Assembly (NCBI GenBank): GCA_964362625.1
Contig: CAYIFA010000002.1
Coordinates: forward strand, 1-49,231
DNA length: 49,231 nucleotides
From: an uncultured Candidatus Saccharibacteria bacterium
GTDB lineage: Bacteria; Patescibacteriota; Minisyncoccia; 1-14-0-10-42-19
Direction of reading: 5' to 3'
Part shown: piece by piece, positions 1 through 8,365 of the stretch
Layout: every line of letters begins with the position of its first letter
How positions within the stretch are numbered: the stretch's first letter is position 1
The notes under the pieces: model-generated
Seen by the model: the letters and a program-made list of their open reading frames with translations, nothing else
Told to the model about the DNA's origin: nothing
The model's database searches: none
Position numbers and translations under genes: made by a program

Positions 1-356
1 GAGCCGATGGTGATGTCGGCATTTTTTTCATGCAGGCATTTCATTAGGTTGGGAATTTCTTCCGGTTGGTGGTTTAAGTCGGCATCCATAGTCAGAATTA
101 AATCGGCGCGGGGGAGAACGTTGGCAAAGCCAACCAGCAGTGATTTGGTAATGCCAAGCCGTTTCGGATTATAGAGATAACGGATTCGGGGATGGCTTAA
201 ATTATCCAAAAATTCCCGAGATCCATCGTCCCCTTCAATTGCATATAAAATTTCGTATTCCAACCCTAGGCCATCCAGGGTTTTGATAAGTCTGGGAGTC
301 AGCTCTTTTAGATTTTCTCGTTCCAAATAAGCCGGTATAACAGCGGAAAGAAACAT
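1..356 (-). CDS. Glycosyltransferase family 2 (Dpm1-like), N-terminal part; the gene runs off the window start
   Basis: My own reverse-strand translation from the ATG at 354-356 reads MFLSAVIPAYLERENLKELTPRLIKTLDGLGLEYEILYAIEGDDGSREFL...LILTMDADLNHQPEE. This is a GT2 Rossmann start with a DAD (DxD) motif. The ORF is absent from the supplied track because it is truncated. Confidence 0.8.
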   Translation of the reverse strand, partial: MFLSAVIPAYLERENLKELTPRLIKTLDGLGLEYEILYAIEGDDGSREFLDNLSHPRIRYLYNPKRLGITKSLLVGFANVLPRADLILTMDADLNHQPEEIPNLMKCLHEKNADITIG

Positions 357-374
357 GGTAATATCTTATATAAT

Positions 375-1490
375 ATGAATGATAAGGGCAAACTCTGTTT
401 CATAATACCGGAATATGACCGCGAAACCCCGACGCACTTCAGCTATCTTTATGATTTTATTGAAAAAATCTCGGAAGGATTTGATATTTTTTTAATAGCA
501 GAAAGAGGGAGGGGCAATCCGCCAAAAGGAGTGAATCGTTTTTATATTCAAAAATTTCAGCATCCAGTTTTGCGGGTTTTAGAAAATGAAATCATGATTG
601 AACGCGCGCGCCTGGCCGGATATAAAACTTTTTATGTCCACTACTCTTTTCTATCGGCTTACCACGCTTCAATAATCACACGTTTTTGGGGCGGTGAGGT
701 TTTTTATTGGAACTGCGGCGAGCCGTGGAAATATAAACGCGGCTTAATCCGCAATTTATTTGAGCGCGCGGTTTATAAATTGGTCCACTTTCTTGTTACC
801 GGCACCGAAGGACTGAAAAAGAAATACGCCGAGTATTATGGATTGTCGTCTGAAAAGATCAAAGTAATGTCGAATTGGATCGATGTTTCTAAAATCTTTC
901 GTTCGGCTACCGACGTCAGAATAGATTTAAAAATATCATTAGATATTCCGGCTACTTCAAAAGTCATTCTTTTTGTCCATCGTCTTTCCAAGCGCAAGGG
1001 CGCGCATTATTTGCCAGAGATTTTAAATGAATTAAAAGATGAAAATGCCGTTATGGTTATAATCGGAGATGGCCCCGAACGAAAAGACATTGAATCAAGA
1101 GTCAAGAATTATGAATTATGGAGCAGGGCGCGATTTTGCGGATGGGTGCCGCAAAAAGATCTTGCCCGGTATTTTTCTATTGCCGATGTTTTTATTATGC
1201 CGTCCGACGAAGAAGGATTTCCGCACGTTTTACTCGAGGCCATGGCTTATGGAGTGCCGTTTGCGGCGTTTGACGTCGGGGGTGTGCGAGAGATAATCCC
1301 TGATCAAGCCTTGGAATATGTTACGCCGAGCGGGGACGTTAAATTGTTCGCTAAAAAAGCCATATTCTTTTTATCCATGCCGCCTGAAAGCAGAACCAAT
1401 CTAAAGGAAGTTTTAAAAAAACACGTTTTAAACTATGACATAAATCTAGTTGTCCGTCATTTTCAAGTTATGACAAATAGTTTGGTATAG
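375..1490 (+). CDS. Glycosyltransferase family 4 (group 1)
   Basis: C-terminal EX7E motif EEGFPHVLLEAMAYGVPFAAFDVGGVREII, with GT-B length and architecture. Confidence 0.85.
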   Translation: MNDKGKLCFIIPEYDRETPTHFSYLYDFIEKISEGFDIFLIAERGRGNPPKGVNRFYIQKFQHPVLRVLENEIMIERARLAGYKTFYVHYSFLSAYHASIITRFWGGEVFYWNCGEPWKYKRGLIRNLFERAVYKLVHFLVTGTEGLKKKYAEYYGLSSEKIKVMSNWIDVSKIFRSATDVRIDLKISLDIPATSKVILFVHRLSKRKGAHYLPEILNELKDENAVMVIIGDGPERKDIESRVKNYELWSRARFCGWVPQKDLARYFSIADVFIMPSDEEGFPHVLLEAMAYGVPFAAFDVGGVREIIPDQALEYVTPSGDVKLFAKKAIFFLSMPPESRTNLKEVLKKHVLNYDINLVVRHFQVMTNSLV

Positions 1491-1543
1491 TATACGGAGC
1501 ACCCGCTGGTCATTGATACGAAAATAAAAAGCGAGAAGCCACA

Positions 1544-3217
1544 ATGGATAACGGCATGGTAGCGGTTATTGCTACTGAAATAGCAGTCCATCAGGAATTG
1601 CCTAAATACGGCGGAGGTATGGGTTTTTTGATCGGTGATGAAGCCCGCTCAGCGAAGAAGCTGGGGATTGACGCGGCGTTTTTTGTTCCGTTTTGGCGTC
1701 ATGGTTATTATACTCAATTGATAGAAAATAGGCAGATGAAGGCCGGCTATGAAGCTCGCGACTACTCGGGCGTACTTGAAAAAACCGATATTCGATTCGC
1801 GATACCCATCAATAGTTCGCAGTGCTGGATCGAAGTTTGGAAGCTTCCGGAGGAGCGTTGCAATACATCGCCGGTTTATTTTCTTAACGCCGATGTTGAA
1901 GGTAATGATTATCTTACACGTCTGAACAACCATGCATTATACGCGGAAGGGAATAATCCCGAGCGGCGAATCGCCGTTTCACAAATTCTCGGGGTCGGAG
2001 CGTTTGAGGCAATAAAGCATCTCGGGATTACTGTTAAGAAGTTTCATTTGCAGGAATCCCATTCCGCGTTTACTGCGGTTGAATTGTTTCTCAATAATTA
2101 CCGCGCGAACGAAGATGATTTTGAAGCCGCTCTGGCCGATACCAGATCGAAGGTGGTTTTTACAACCCACACGCCGGTGGCGGCCGGGAATCCGGTGTAT
2201 GATATGAATACGGTGATAAAACTTTGCGGTTATTCCGCGAGGGTTGATCGCTCGGTGATAGAAAAGATAGGACAAGACCCAAAGCATCCGCACCTGTTTA
2301 ACATGGCCGCGGCGTGTCTCTACCTATCCGGCAAGACTAACGCAGTATCAAGGGAGCACTGCGAGGTCGCCACAAAGATGTGGAGTGGTATGGATATGGC
2401 CAGTCCGATATTTCCAATTACCAACGGCGTTTCTCAGGATTTCTGGCAGCCGGTTGAGTATCGTCAGGCGCGTACTCCTCAACAGCTGGAGAAGGCCAAA
2501 TTGGGGGATATTCGGAGCGGCATCGAATATGTGGCCAAACATACCGAATATCGCGGTGGAGTTCATTTCAGCGAAAACGTCCCAACTTTGGTTTTAGCCC
2601 GTCGGGTGGCAGAATATAAGCGGCATAAATTGCTTTTCAGAAATATCGAATGGTTGTCCGGACTGCTGAAGACGAATAAACTGCAAATTGTTGTAGCCGG
2701 CAAGCCGCATCCTGATGACGGCCGGATGATCAGCGCGTTTAACGAAATTCTCAGTATTTCATATGAATTACCTAATCTGGTGGTTCTCGCCGGGTATGAG
2801 ATTGAAATGTCATATTTCTTAAAAGGCTTAGCCCGCATTTGGTTAAATATTCCGCGTTCTCCCTTTGAAGCATCCGGCACATCCGGTATGAGCGCGGCTT
2901 TGCGCGGAGCCATTCATATGTCAACGCCGGTAGGGTGGGCTCGTGAAATGAATCCGGAAAACTGTTTCATTTTTGGAGCCGCCTGGCCTACGGATTCTGA
3001 TATTGATCTGGAATCGGACAGAGCCAAGCAATTTAGGGAATGGCAGGATGCCTATGATGCCCAGGAACTGCAAAAAATTCTGCCAGCCGCTCTGCAGTTG
3101 TTTGAAGATCGTGATGCCTGGAACCGCAAAGCATTGGCCGGTATGCGCGAAGTCGAAAAAGAATTTACGAGCGATCGTGTAATGCTGGAAACCGCAGAAA
3201 AGCTTTACGCGAACTAA
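1544..3217 (+). CDS. Alpha-glucan phosphorylase family homolog (GT35-like), atypical active site
   Basis: N-terminal KYGGGMGFLIGDEARSAKKLGID matches the GGLGxLAGD motif. The C-terminal EASGTSGMSAALRG matches the EASGTSGMKAAxNG block but has Ser where the PLP-binding Lys is expected. Confidence 0.75.
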   Translation: MDNGMVAVIATEIAVHQELPKYGGGMGFLIGDEARSAKKLGIDAAFFVPFWRHGYYTQLIENRQMKAGYEARDYSGVLEKTDIRFAIPINSSQCWIEVWKLPEERCNTSPVYFLNADVEGNDYLTRLNNHALYAEGNNPERRIAVSQILGVGAFEAIKHLGITVKKFHLQESHSAFTAVELFLNNYRANEDDFEAALADTRSKVVFTTHTPVAAGNPVYDMNTVIKLCGYSARVDRSVIEKIGQDPKHPHLFNMAAACLYLSGKTNAVSREHCEVATKMWSGMDMASPIFPITNGVSQDFWQPVEYRQARTPQQLEKAKLGDIRSGIEYVAKHTEYRGGVHFSENVPTLVLARRVAEYKRHKLLFRNIEWLSGLLKTNKLQIVVAGKPHPDDGRMISAFNEILSISYELPNLVVLAGYEIEMSYFLKGLARIWLNIPRSPFEASGTSGMSAALRGAIHMSTPVGWAREMNPENCFIFGAAWPTDSDIDLESDRAKQFREWQDAYDAQELQKILPAALQLFEDRDAWNRKALAGMREVEKEFTSDRVMLETAEKLYAN

Positions 3218-3252
3218 AAAAAGCCATTTCACTTTTTGTGAAATGGCTTTTT
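3218..3252. terminator. Bidirectional rho-independent terminator between convergent genes
   Basis: Perfect 15-bp stem AAAAAGCCATTTCAC / GTGAAATGGCTTTTT with a TTTTT loop. Each strand gets a U-tract. It lies between the stop at 3217 (+) and the stop at 3264 (-). Confidence 0.85.
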
Positions 3253-3263
3253 ATATTCAAAAA

Positions 3264-4418
3264 TTATTTAACCAACTGCTTTAACTGCCAGATTATTTGA
3301 TAAAGTTCCCGGTCGTTATTCAGTAGATGCGCAATGCGTTCAAAATGCGGAATGCACCACCCGGCAACTTCTTTGTTGCCATGGGCAAATTGCCATGGAG
3401 GACAGCTATAAAAGGACTTTCTCATCAGCTCCGCTAGTTCGGCGCTGTAATTTGGGGCTAACTCAGTTCGATGGTGGGCGAGTCGGGCAAAGCCGTTCCA
3501 TAGTCGGTGAAACGGATTAGCCGGATGGTCCCAAAGCGGATAAGGTATGCCTTGATCCAAATGCTCTTTTTCGGTTGACCAGGAAGCCGGGATGAAAATG
3601 TCTGTTTTATCGATTTTCGGAAACTTCTCATGAATTTCGTTAAGCGGAGTGGTCCGCACGGTGTCTTTATGCTCCAGAAGTTTGGCTAAAAACGGCGTTA
3701 TAAAATTAGTCACGCCATCTTTCTGATGGTGGCCGAAGGTTTCGAGGTCCATAGCAAGTATCAGGTATGAGTCTTTGGCAATTTGAGCGCGAGCCCGCCA
3801 GTCATTGTGGCCGTCCAGAAGCTCATTAAATATTTGCTCAGCGGATTCGTGATGCTGGCGAAAAGCAATGCGTTTTGACCAGTAACCCGATCGCAGCAGC
3901 ACCCCCGCCGCTCCGCATTGCGCAATCCAGTTGAGCGGCGCTTGTTCATGTTCCGGCAGGTGCAGGCGTTTGTATGTAAATGAATGGTCCTCGGCCAGGC
4001 ACCACGAAAAATTATAAACTTCAGCATCACAGGCCATATCCGGCGAAAATGCCAGTTCCGGTAAAAATAATCCCGGCAGAGCATTGCCTCCGACGAATTT
4101 TTCTCTGTAGAATTTTCTATTAAGCAGCAGCTGCTCTTGTATTACAGATTTGTCGAAAAGCGGCAGAAGATAATGATACGCGGCGGTATTGAGGAGCTCT
4201 ATTTTTTTGCGCAGGTAAGCATCTCGAATTAATTCCAAAAACCAATCCGGTAGGTGTTCACCAAGACTAAGCGTTATATCCATCGAAAACGCAAAAGACG
4301 GATAAGAATTGGCAAGAGCCAGAAGCGGCCAATAAGATTCAAAAAAAATTCTGCGTCTGGTATTATCAGATTGAGTCCATGGTTGATGGGCATGTAACAG
4401 GAATCCCAGGTGGATCAT
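3264..4418 (-). CDS. Glycoside hydrolase family 57-like alpha-glucan-active enzyme
   Basis: N-terminal HLGFLLHAHQPW (HxHQP signature), LFLPELAFSP (nucleophile Glu context) and AMDLETFGHH (acid/base region). Confidence 0.8.
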   Translation of the reverse strand: MIHLGFLLHAHQPWTQSDNTRRRIFFESYWPLLALANSYPSFAFSMDITLSLGEHLPDWFLELIRDAYLRKKIELLNTAAYHYLLPLFDKSVIQEQLLLNRKFYREKFVGGNALPGLFLPELAFSPDMACDAEVYNFSWCLAEDHSFTYKRLHLPEHEQAPLNWIAQCGAAGVLLRSGYWSKRIAFRQHHESAEQIFNELLDGHNDWRARAQIAKDSYLILAMDLETFGHHQKDGVTNFITPFLAKLLEHKDTVRTTPLNEIHEKFPKIDKTDIFIPASWSTEKEHLDQGIPYPLWDHPANPFHRLWNGFARLAHHRTELAPNYSAELAELMRKSFYSCPPWQFAHGNKEVAGWCIPHFERIAHLLNNDRELYQIIWQLKQLVK

Positions 4419-4534
4419 CAGTGTCTCGCTTTCAAGGGTCTCTAATCCGGCCGCAGGGTTCTTTTAACATTATAACTCTGTTTATTGGCTAATTCATCGC
4501 GCATGGTTGCCTGCAAACCCCGGACGCGTTATTA

Positions 4535-5140
4535 TTGGCGCTATACTGTGTGAATGAATTGAAGTTAAAATCTGGCCGGGCCCTGGTAATTGTCGCTCAT
4601 CCCGATGACGAAACGATCTGGATGGGTGGGGCTATTTTAAAAAATCCGCAAATAACTTGGACGATTTTTGCGCTTTGCCGGGCCGCTGATAAGGATCGCG
4701 CTCCTAAATTCCGCGAAGTTTGCAAATATTATGGCGCTCACCCGATAATAACCGACCTGGAAGACGAAGATATCATGGATATCCGCGAAAGTATCCAGAA
4801 AATCCGGCGACTTATAAAACAAAAAATCGGCAGGCAAAAATTCGATTATATTTTTACTCATGGCTCGAACGGAGAATATGGGCACCCGCGGCATACCGGG
4901 GTAAGTCGGGCAGTAAAAAGTATGATTAAAAATGGAGAGATGCGGTCCGGCCAATTACTAAATTTCGCTTACACTACCGATGGCAAGAATAGTATTTTAG
5001 AGGATAAATCCGCAAAATTTTTTATCCGGTTAAGCCGAAGGGAACTAGCAAGTAAAAGAAATATTATCAAAAAGCTTTATGGTTTCAGCCAATATTCTTT
5101 TGAAAATCTAAGCTGCCTGCCGCTTGAAACTTTTAAGTAG
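4535..5140 (+). CDS. PIG-L/LmbE family N-acetylglucosaminyl deacetylase
   Basis: VIVAHPDDETIWMGG and YGHPRHTG, the AHPDDE and HPxH zinc motifs. The track start is TTG, and an in-frame GTG at 4550 is an alternative. Confidence 0.85.
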   Translation: MALYCVNELKLKSGRALVIVAHPDDETIWMGGAILKNPQITWTIFALCRAADKDRAPKFREVCKYYGAHPIITDLEDEDIMDIRESIQKIRRLIKQKIGRQKFDYIFTHGSNGEYGHPRHTGVSRAVKSMIKNGEMRSGQLLNFAYTTDGKNSILEDKSAKFFIRLSRRELASKRNIIKKLYGFSQYSFENLSCLPLETFK

Positions 5141-6307
5141 ATGGCTAAGAATATTAAAAAATTGAAGTACGCCATTTTATATGCTTATCCGCCCGAGCCG
5201 GATGGTTTGAGTTTGCAGGGGCATATGCTCTATCTAGGACTTCGTGAAAACAAGGAAGATGTAATGCCTTGTAATTTATCATCAGAATTTCAGAAAGAGT
5301 GGATGTACAAATATTTTAAGCCGGATGTCGCAATCGGGGTCGGATACTGGAATTACACGCCCGATATAATTACACACCCCAAGCAATTCGGTGTGATCCC
5401 GGTCCCGTGGCTGGTGGCCGACGGTTGGGTGGCTAATTATCACAGCATTATCGGTTCATTGCCGCTGGTGCTTACCACTAGTGACTGGGTTAAAAAGACC
5501 TACGCCCGAGACGGCGTAAAGACAAAAAATTTCGTGCCGGTGCCGATCGGAATAGATACCCATCAGTTCCGGCCGATACCGTCTAGCGATTCGGGAGTCA
5601 GGATCATCAGGAAAAGCTTGGGAGTTAAAGAAAACGAACTAATGATCCTCACTGCCGGAGGGGATGTTACATCAAAAGGCGCGCAGGAAGTTTTGCAGGC
5701 GTTAAAAATTGTTGACAAGAAATTCAAAAACTGGAAATACATTTGTAAGGTGTACGGCGGCCCGAGCGCCGATCAGCATTACGAAAATGAGGCGCGTTTA
5801 ATAAACGAACTCGGCGCATCAAAGGCAAAGGTGAGGTATTTGGAAGGACCGCTTTCTCCGGATTTCATGCCTTATCTTTTGAATGCCGCCGATATTTATG
5901 CAGCACCCAGTCGATTGGAGGGTTTTGGCATGGTCCAGGTGGAGGCCCAGGCCTGCGGCACGCCGGTCATATCTATCAATGAAATGGGGCCGAAGGAAAC
6001 AGTTAAGCACAACGAAACTGGTTTTTTGGCGAAGGTTGCCAAGACCGTTGATTTAACGGAAGAATGGGCTTATACCCATATGGGGTTCAAAGAAGATCAG
6101 AAAGTAAAATTTAGTAAACCTAAAACATTTGAGTATCGCGCAGATCCGGTGGAGCTTGCGGATTATATTTTAAAGCTAGCCACCGACAAATCGCTCCGGA
6201 CTAAAATGGGCCAAGCCGCCCGCCGGCATGCCATAAAAAGTTTTGAATATCATCATATTGCTTCTACTATCACGGATTTAATCCGCGAGAAGTTGAGTCT
6301 GGGTTAA
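5141..6307 (+). CDS. Glycosyltransferase family 4
   Basis: LEGFGMVQVEAQACGTPVISINEMGPKETVKHNETGFL (EX7E). The ATG directly follows the stop of the PIG-L gene. Confidence 0.85.
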   Translation: MAKNIKKLKYAILYAYPPEPDGLSLQGHMLYLGLRENKEDVMPCNLSSEFQKEWMYKYFKPDVAIGVGYWNYTPDIITHPKQFGVIPVPWLVADGWVANYHSIIGSLPLVLTTSDWVKKTYARDGVKTKNFVPVPIGIDTHQFRPIPSSDSGVRIIRKSLGVKENELMILTAGGDVTSKGAQEVLQALKIVDKKFKNWKYICKVYGGPSADQHYENEARLINELGASKAKVRYLEGPLSPDFMPYLLNAADIYAAPSRLEGFGMVQVEAQACGTPVISINEMGPKETVKHNETGFLAKVAKTVDLTEEWAYTHMGFKEDQKVKFSKPKTFEYRADPVELADYILKLATDKSLRTKMGQAARRHAIKSFEYHHIASTITDLIREKLSLG

Positions 6308-6320
6308 ATTAAAAAATCGC

Positions 6321-7487
6321 ATGCAAACTCGGCTGAATGATTTTCAGAGAATAGTCATAATGAACACTCTGTCGGGTATTGGCACGGGCTTCGTTGGAAT
6401 ATTCATTCCAATTTATTTATTAGAGCTGAACTATTCTTTTTTTACCGTTGTTGCCTGGCTTGCTATACATCATCTTTCTCTTATGGGCGGAGCATTTTTG
6501 GCAGTTCGTGTTTCTAATATTATCGGTCTTGTCCGGTGTTGGTATGTTCGCATCTTGTTGGTCGCCGTGCTTTTCGGAGGACTTGTATTGTTGCCTGAAT
6601 ATTCTTCATTACTGTTCTTTCTCGCGTTAATTAGCGGCACGGAGGCCGCGTTTTTTTGGATTCCATATAACATACTTACAGTCCGGAAAACCGAAGCGGC
6701 TACCATGGGTTCATCGCTGGCATTTATGTCAAATGTCGGGTCTATTTTCGGAATGGCAGTTCCAATTATCGCCGCGGTACTCATTGTTTCTTATGGCTAT
6801 GCGTTCTTGTTTGCGATTGCGTTAATGTTTATTCTCGTTTCAATCATTTCGGTCTTGCCGCTTAGAAGCGAAAAGACCGATTTTCAATTTAAAGCCCAAG
6901 AAATAGCCAAGGTTGTAAGAGTAAATCGGCATTTTATTATTCCGGAAATCATTGATAACCTTGGTCAGGATGCGCAAGTAATTTGGATCCTGTTTATCTT
7001 TATAACCGCTCTTAGTGTGGTTGATATTGGGATTCTGGGGGTGTTTGTCGGTATCGTAGGGCTCGCAATCACGCATATTACCGGCGCCCTTATAGATACG
7101 TGGGACAAAAAGACGGTCGTACGTTTGGGTGCCGCTGGTACAACAGTTATGTGGATAGCGTCATATTTAGTTGCGATCTGGGCTCCGACACCGTTATTGC
7201 TTTATTTGGTAACAGTGCTGCGCGGGTTTATATTAGGAATATTCGTTGCCGCTTACGGCGCGATTATGTTCAATCGCGCCCGCGGTGCCGATGCGCAGTT
7301 TCTTGTTTTGCGCGAAGTCCCCACTATACTTGGCCGCATAATCCTTTTTGGAACCACGCTGGTATTGATATCAATTGGGCAATTTGAACTCATCTTTCTA
7401 GTGGTTGCCATCATATCAATATACTTCTGGTTCAACAATCTCGATTCTTTGACGAAGCAATTACCGCCAGAAACTCATTGGTTTTAG
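6321..7487 (+). CDS. Polytopic membrane protein, MFS-transporter-like
   Basis: 388 aa with about 10-12 hydrophobic segments in two halves. No diagnostic motif was read, so the family call is tentative. Confidence 0.55.
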   Translation: MQTRLNDFQRIVIMNTLSGIGTGFVGIFIPIYLLELNYSFFTVVAWLAIHHLSLMGGAFLAVRVSNIIGLVRCWYVRILLVAVLFGGLVLLPEYSSLLFFLALISGTEAAFFWIPYNILTVRKTEAATMGSSLAFMSNVGSIFGMAVPIIAAVLIVSYGYAFLFAIALMFILVSIISVLPLRSEKTDFQFKAQEIAKVVRVNRHFIIPEIIDNLGQDAQVIWILFIFITALSVVDIGILGVFVGIVGLAITHITGALIDTWDKKTVVRLGAAGTTVMWIASYLVAIWAPTPLLLYLVTVLRGFILGIFVAAYGAIMFNRARGADAQFLVLREVPTILGRIILFGTTLVLISIGQFELIFLVVAIISIYFWFNNLDSLTKQLPPETHWF

Positions 7488-7520
7488 TATTTTCTACACC
7501 GTACTCGGTAGGTAATATAT

Positions 7521-7563
7521 TATAATTAATTTAACAAACCGATCGTCGTATTAAATTAATTAT
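7521..7563. repeat. 43-bp palindromic repeat, copy 1, overlapping the start codon of the next gene
   Basis: TATAATTAATTTAACAAACCGATCGTCGTATTAAATTAATTAT. The 13-bp perfect inverted arms are ATAATTAATTTAA and TTAAATTAATTAT, around a GC-containing core with CGATCG. Confidence 0.85.
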
Positions 7564-8182
7564 GGCAAGACCTAAAATAAAAATAGAAAATTCACTAACC
7601 AGGAATTCGTATTTGAAGGGGGCTGTATTAAACATCCTTGAAAATATCGGGGAGGCGGCTTTTATGTTTATTGATGAAGGATTGTTGAATCCCGCTTACT
7701 CATTTACTGGACCCGGACGCGCTTTGCTGGGTTTAAGCCAGAGGCATGATCAGGTAACTAAATATCGAAGAAAGGAGGTTAAGTTGCGTAGGAATCTTAT
7801 CGCGGTTACTATGTGGCGGCTGCAAAAAGAGGGTTTGGTTTTCAGGACCGGGGCAAAACGAAATTTTAAGTGGAAAATTATTGAATTTGGCAAAAGATAC
7901 ACTAAAGAACGCAGACTTGATAACCATAATTTTGAATTACCTCCTAGAGACGGAAAAATCAGAATTGTGAGTTTCGACATACCGGAAAAGGAAAGACAAA
8001 AGCGCGCAAGATTGCGTGAATTACTTAGCGTCTGTGATTACTCGCTTTTGCAGCGCAGCTTGTGGATTGGTCGCCGTCCGCTTCCGCAAATTGTTTTTGG
8101 GCAGATTAAAAGATGGAAACTGCGTCACTATGTGCATATTTTCGAAATTTCCGCGCGAGGGACTATTCGCGGTCTCATATAA
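7562..8182 (+). CDS. PaaX-like / Cas2-fold-like putative regulator (winged-helix N-terminus plus Cas2-like C-terminus)
   Basis: DGKIRIVSFDIPEKERQKRARLRELLSVCDYSLLQRSLWIG follows the pattern of the Cas2/PaaX C-terminal ferredoxin-like domain. The preceding LQKEGLVFRTGAKRNFKWKIIEFGKRY looks like a wHTH. Recognised from memory of a family common in CPR genomes and not verified. Confidence 0.55.
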   Translation: MARPKIKIENSLTRNSYLKGAVLNILENIGEAAFMFIDEGLLNPAYSFTGPGRALLGLSQRHDQVTKYRRKEVKLRRNLIAVTMWRLQKEGLVFRTGAKRNFKWKIIEFGKRYTKERRLDNHNFELPPRDGKIRIVSFDIPEKERQKRARLRELLSVCDYSLLQRSLWIGRRPLPQIVFGQIKRWKLRHYVHIFEISARGTIRGLI

Positions 8183-8229
8183 ATTTGTGTGGGGTGTCAG
8201 TATTCTCGTGCTTTTGCACTGCCAGAATT

Positions 8230-8271
8230 TATAATTAATTTAATAAACGATCGGCGTCTTAAATTAATTAT
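8230..8271. repeat. 42-bp palindromic repeat, copy 2, 48 nt downstream of the stop at 8182
   Basis: TATAATTAATTTAATAAACGATCGGCGTCTTAAATTAATTAT. It has the same 13-bp arms as copy 1, and the core differs at a few positions plus a 1-nt indel. Confidence 0.85.
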
Positions 8272-8321
8272 AGATTTTCCCACATTTTTATGTTAGATTT
8301 TTTTGGCCGATTTTGTTTTGC

Positions 8322-8355
8322 AGTTAAAAATCGAAGGGCATCCGTGTGGATGCCC
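8322..8355 (-). terminator. Rho-independent terminator for the minus-strand gene ending at 8366
   Basis: GGGCATCC GTGT GGATGCCC hairpin at 8336-8355. On the minus strand it is followed by TTCGATTTTTAAC. Confidence 0.7.
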
Positions 8356-8365
8356 TGTTTAGTGG

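Noticed and set aside
7562-8182. A Cas2-like fold suggested a possible CRISPR-Cas locus.
   Set aside because: No repeat-spacer array and no other cas genes occur anywhere in the window. The only repeats nearby are the two palindromic elements, which are not CRISPR-like. This protein family appears to occur as a standalone PaaX-like regulator.
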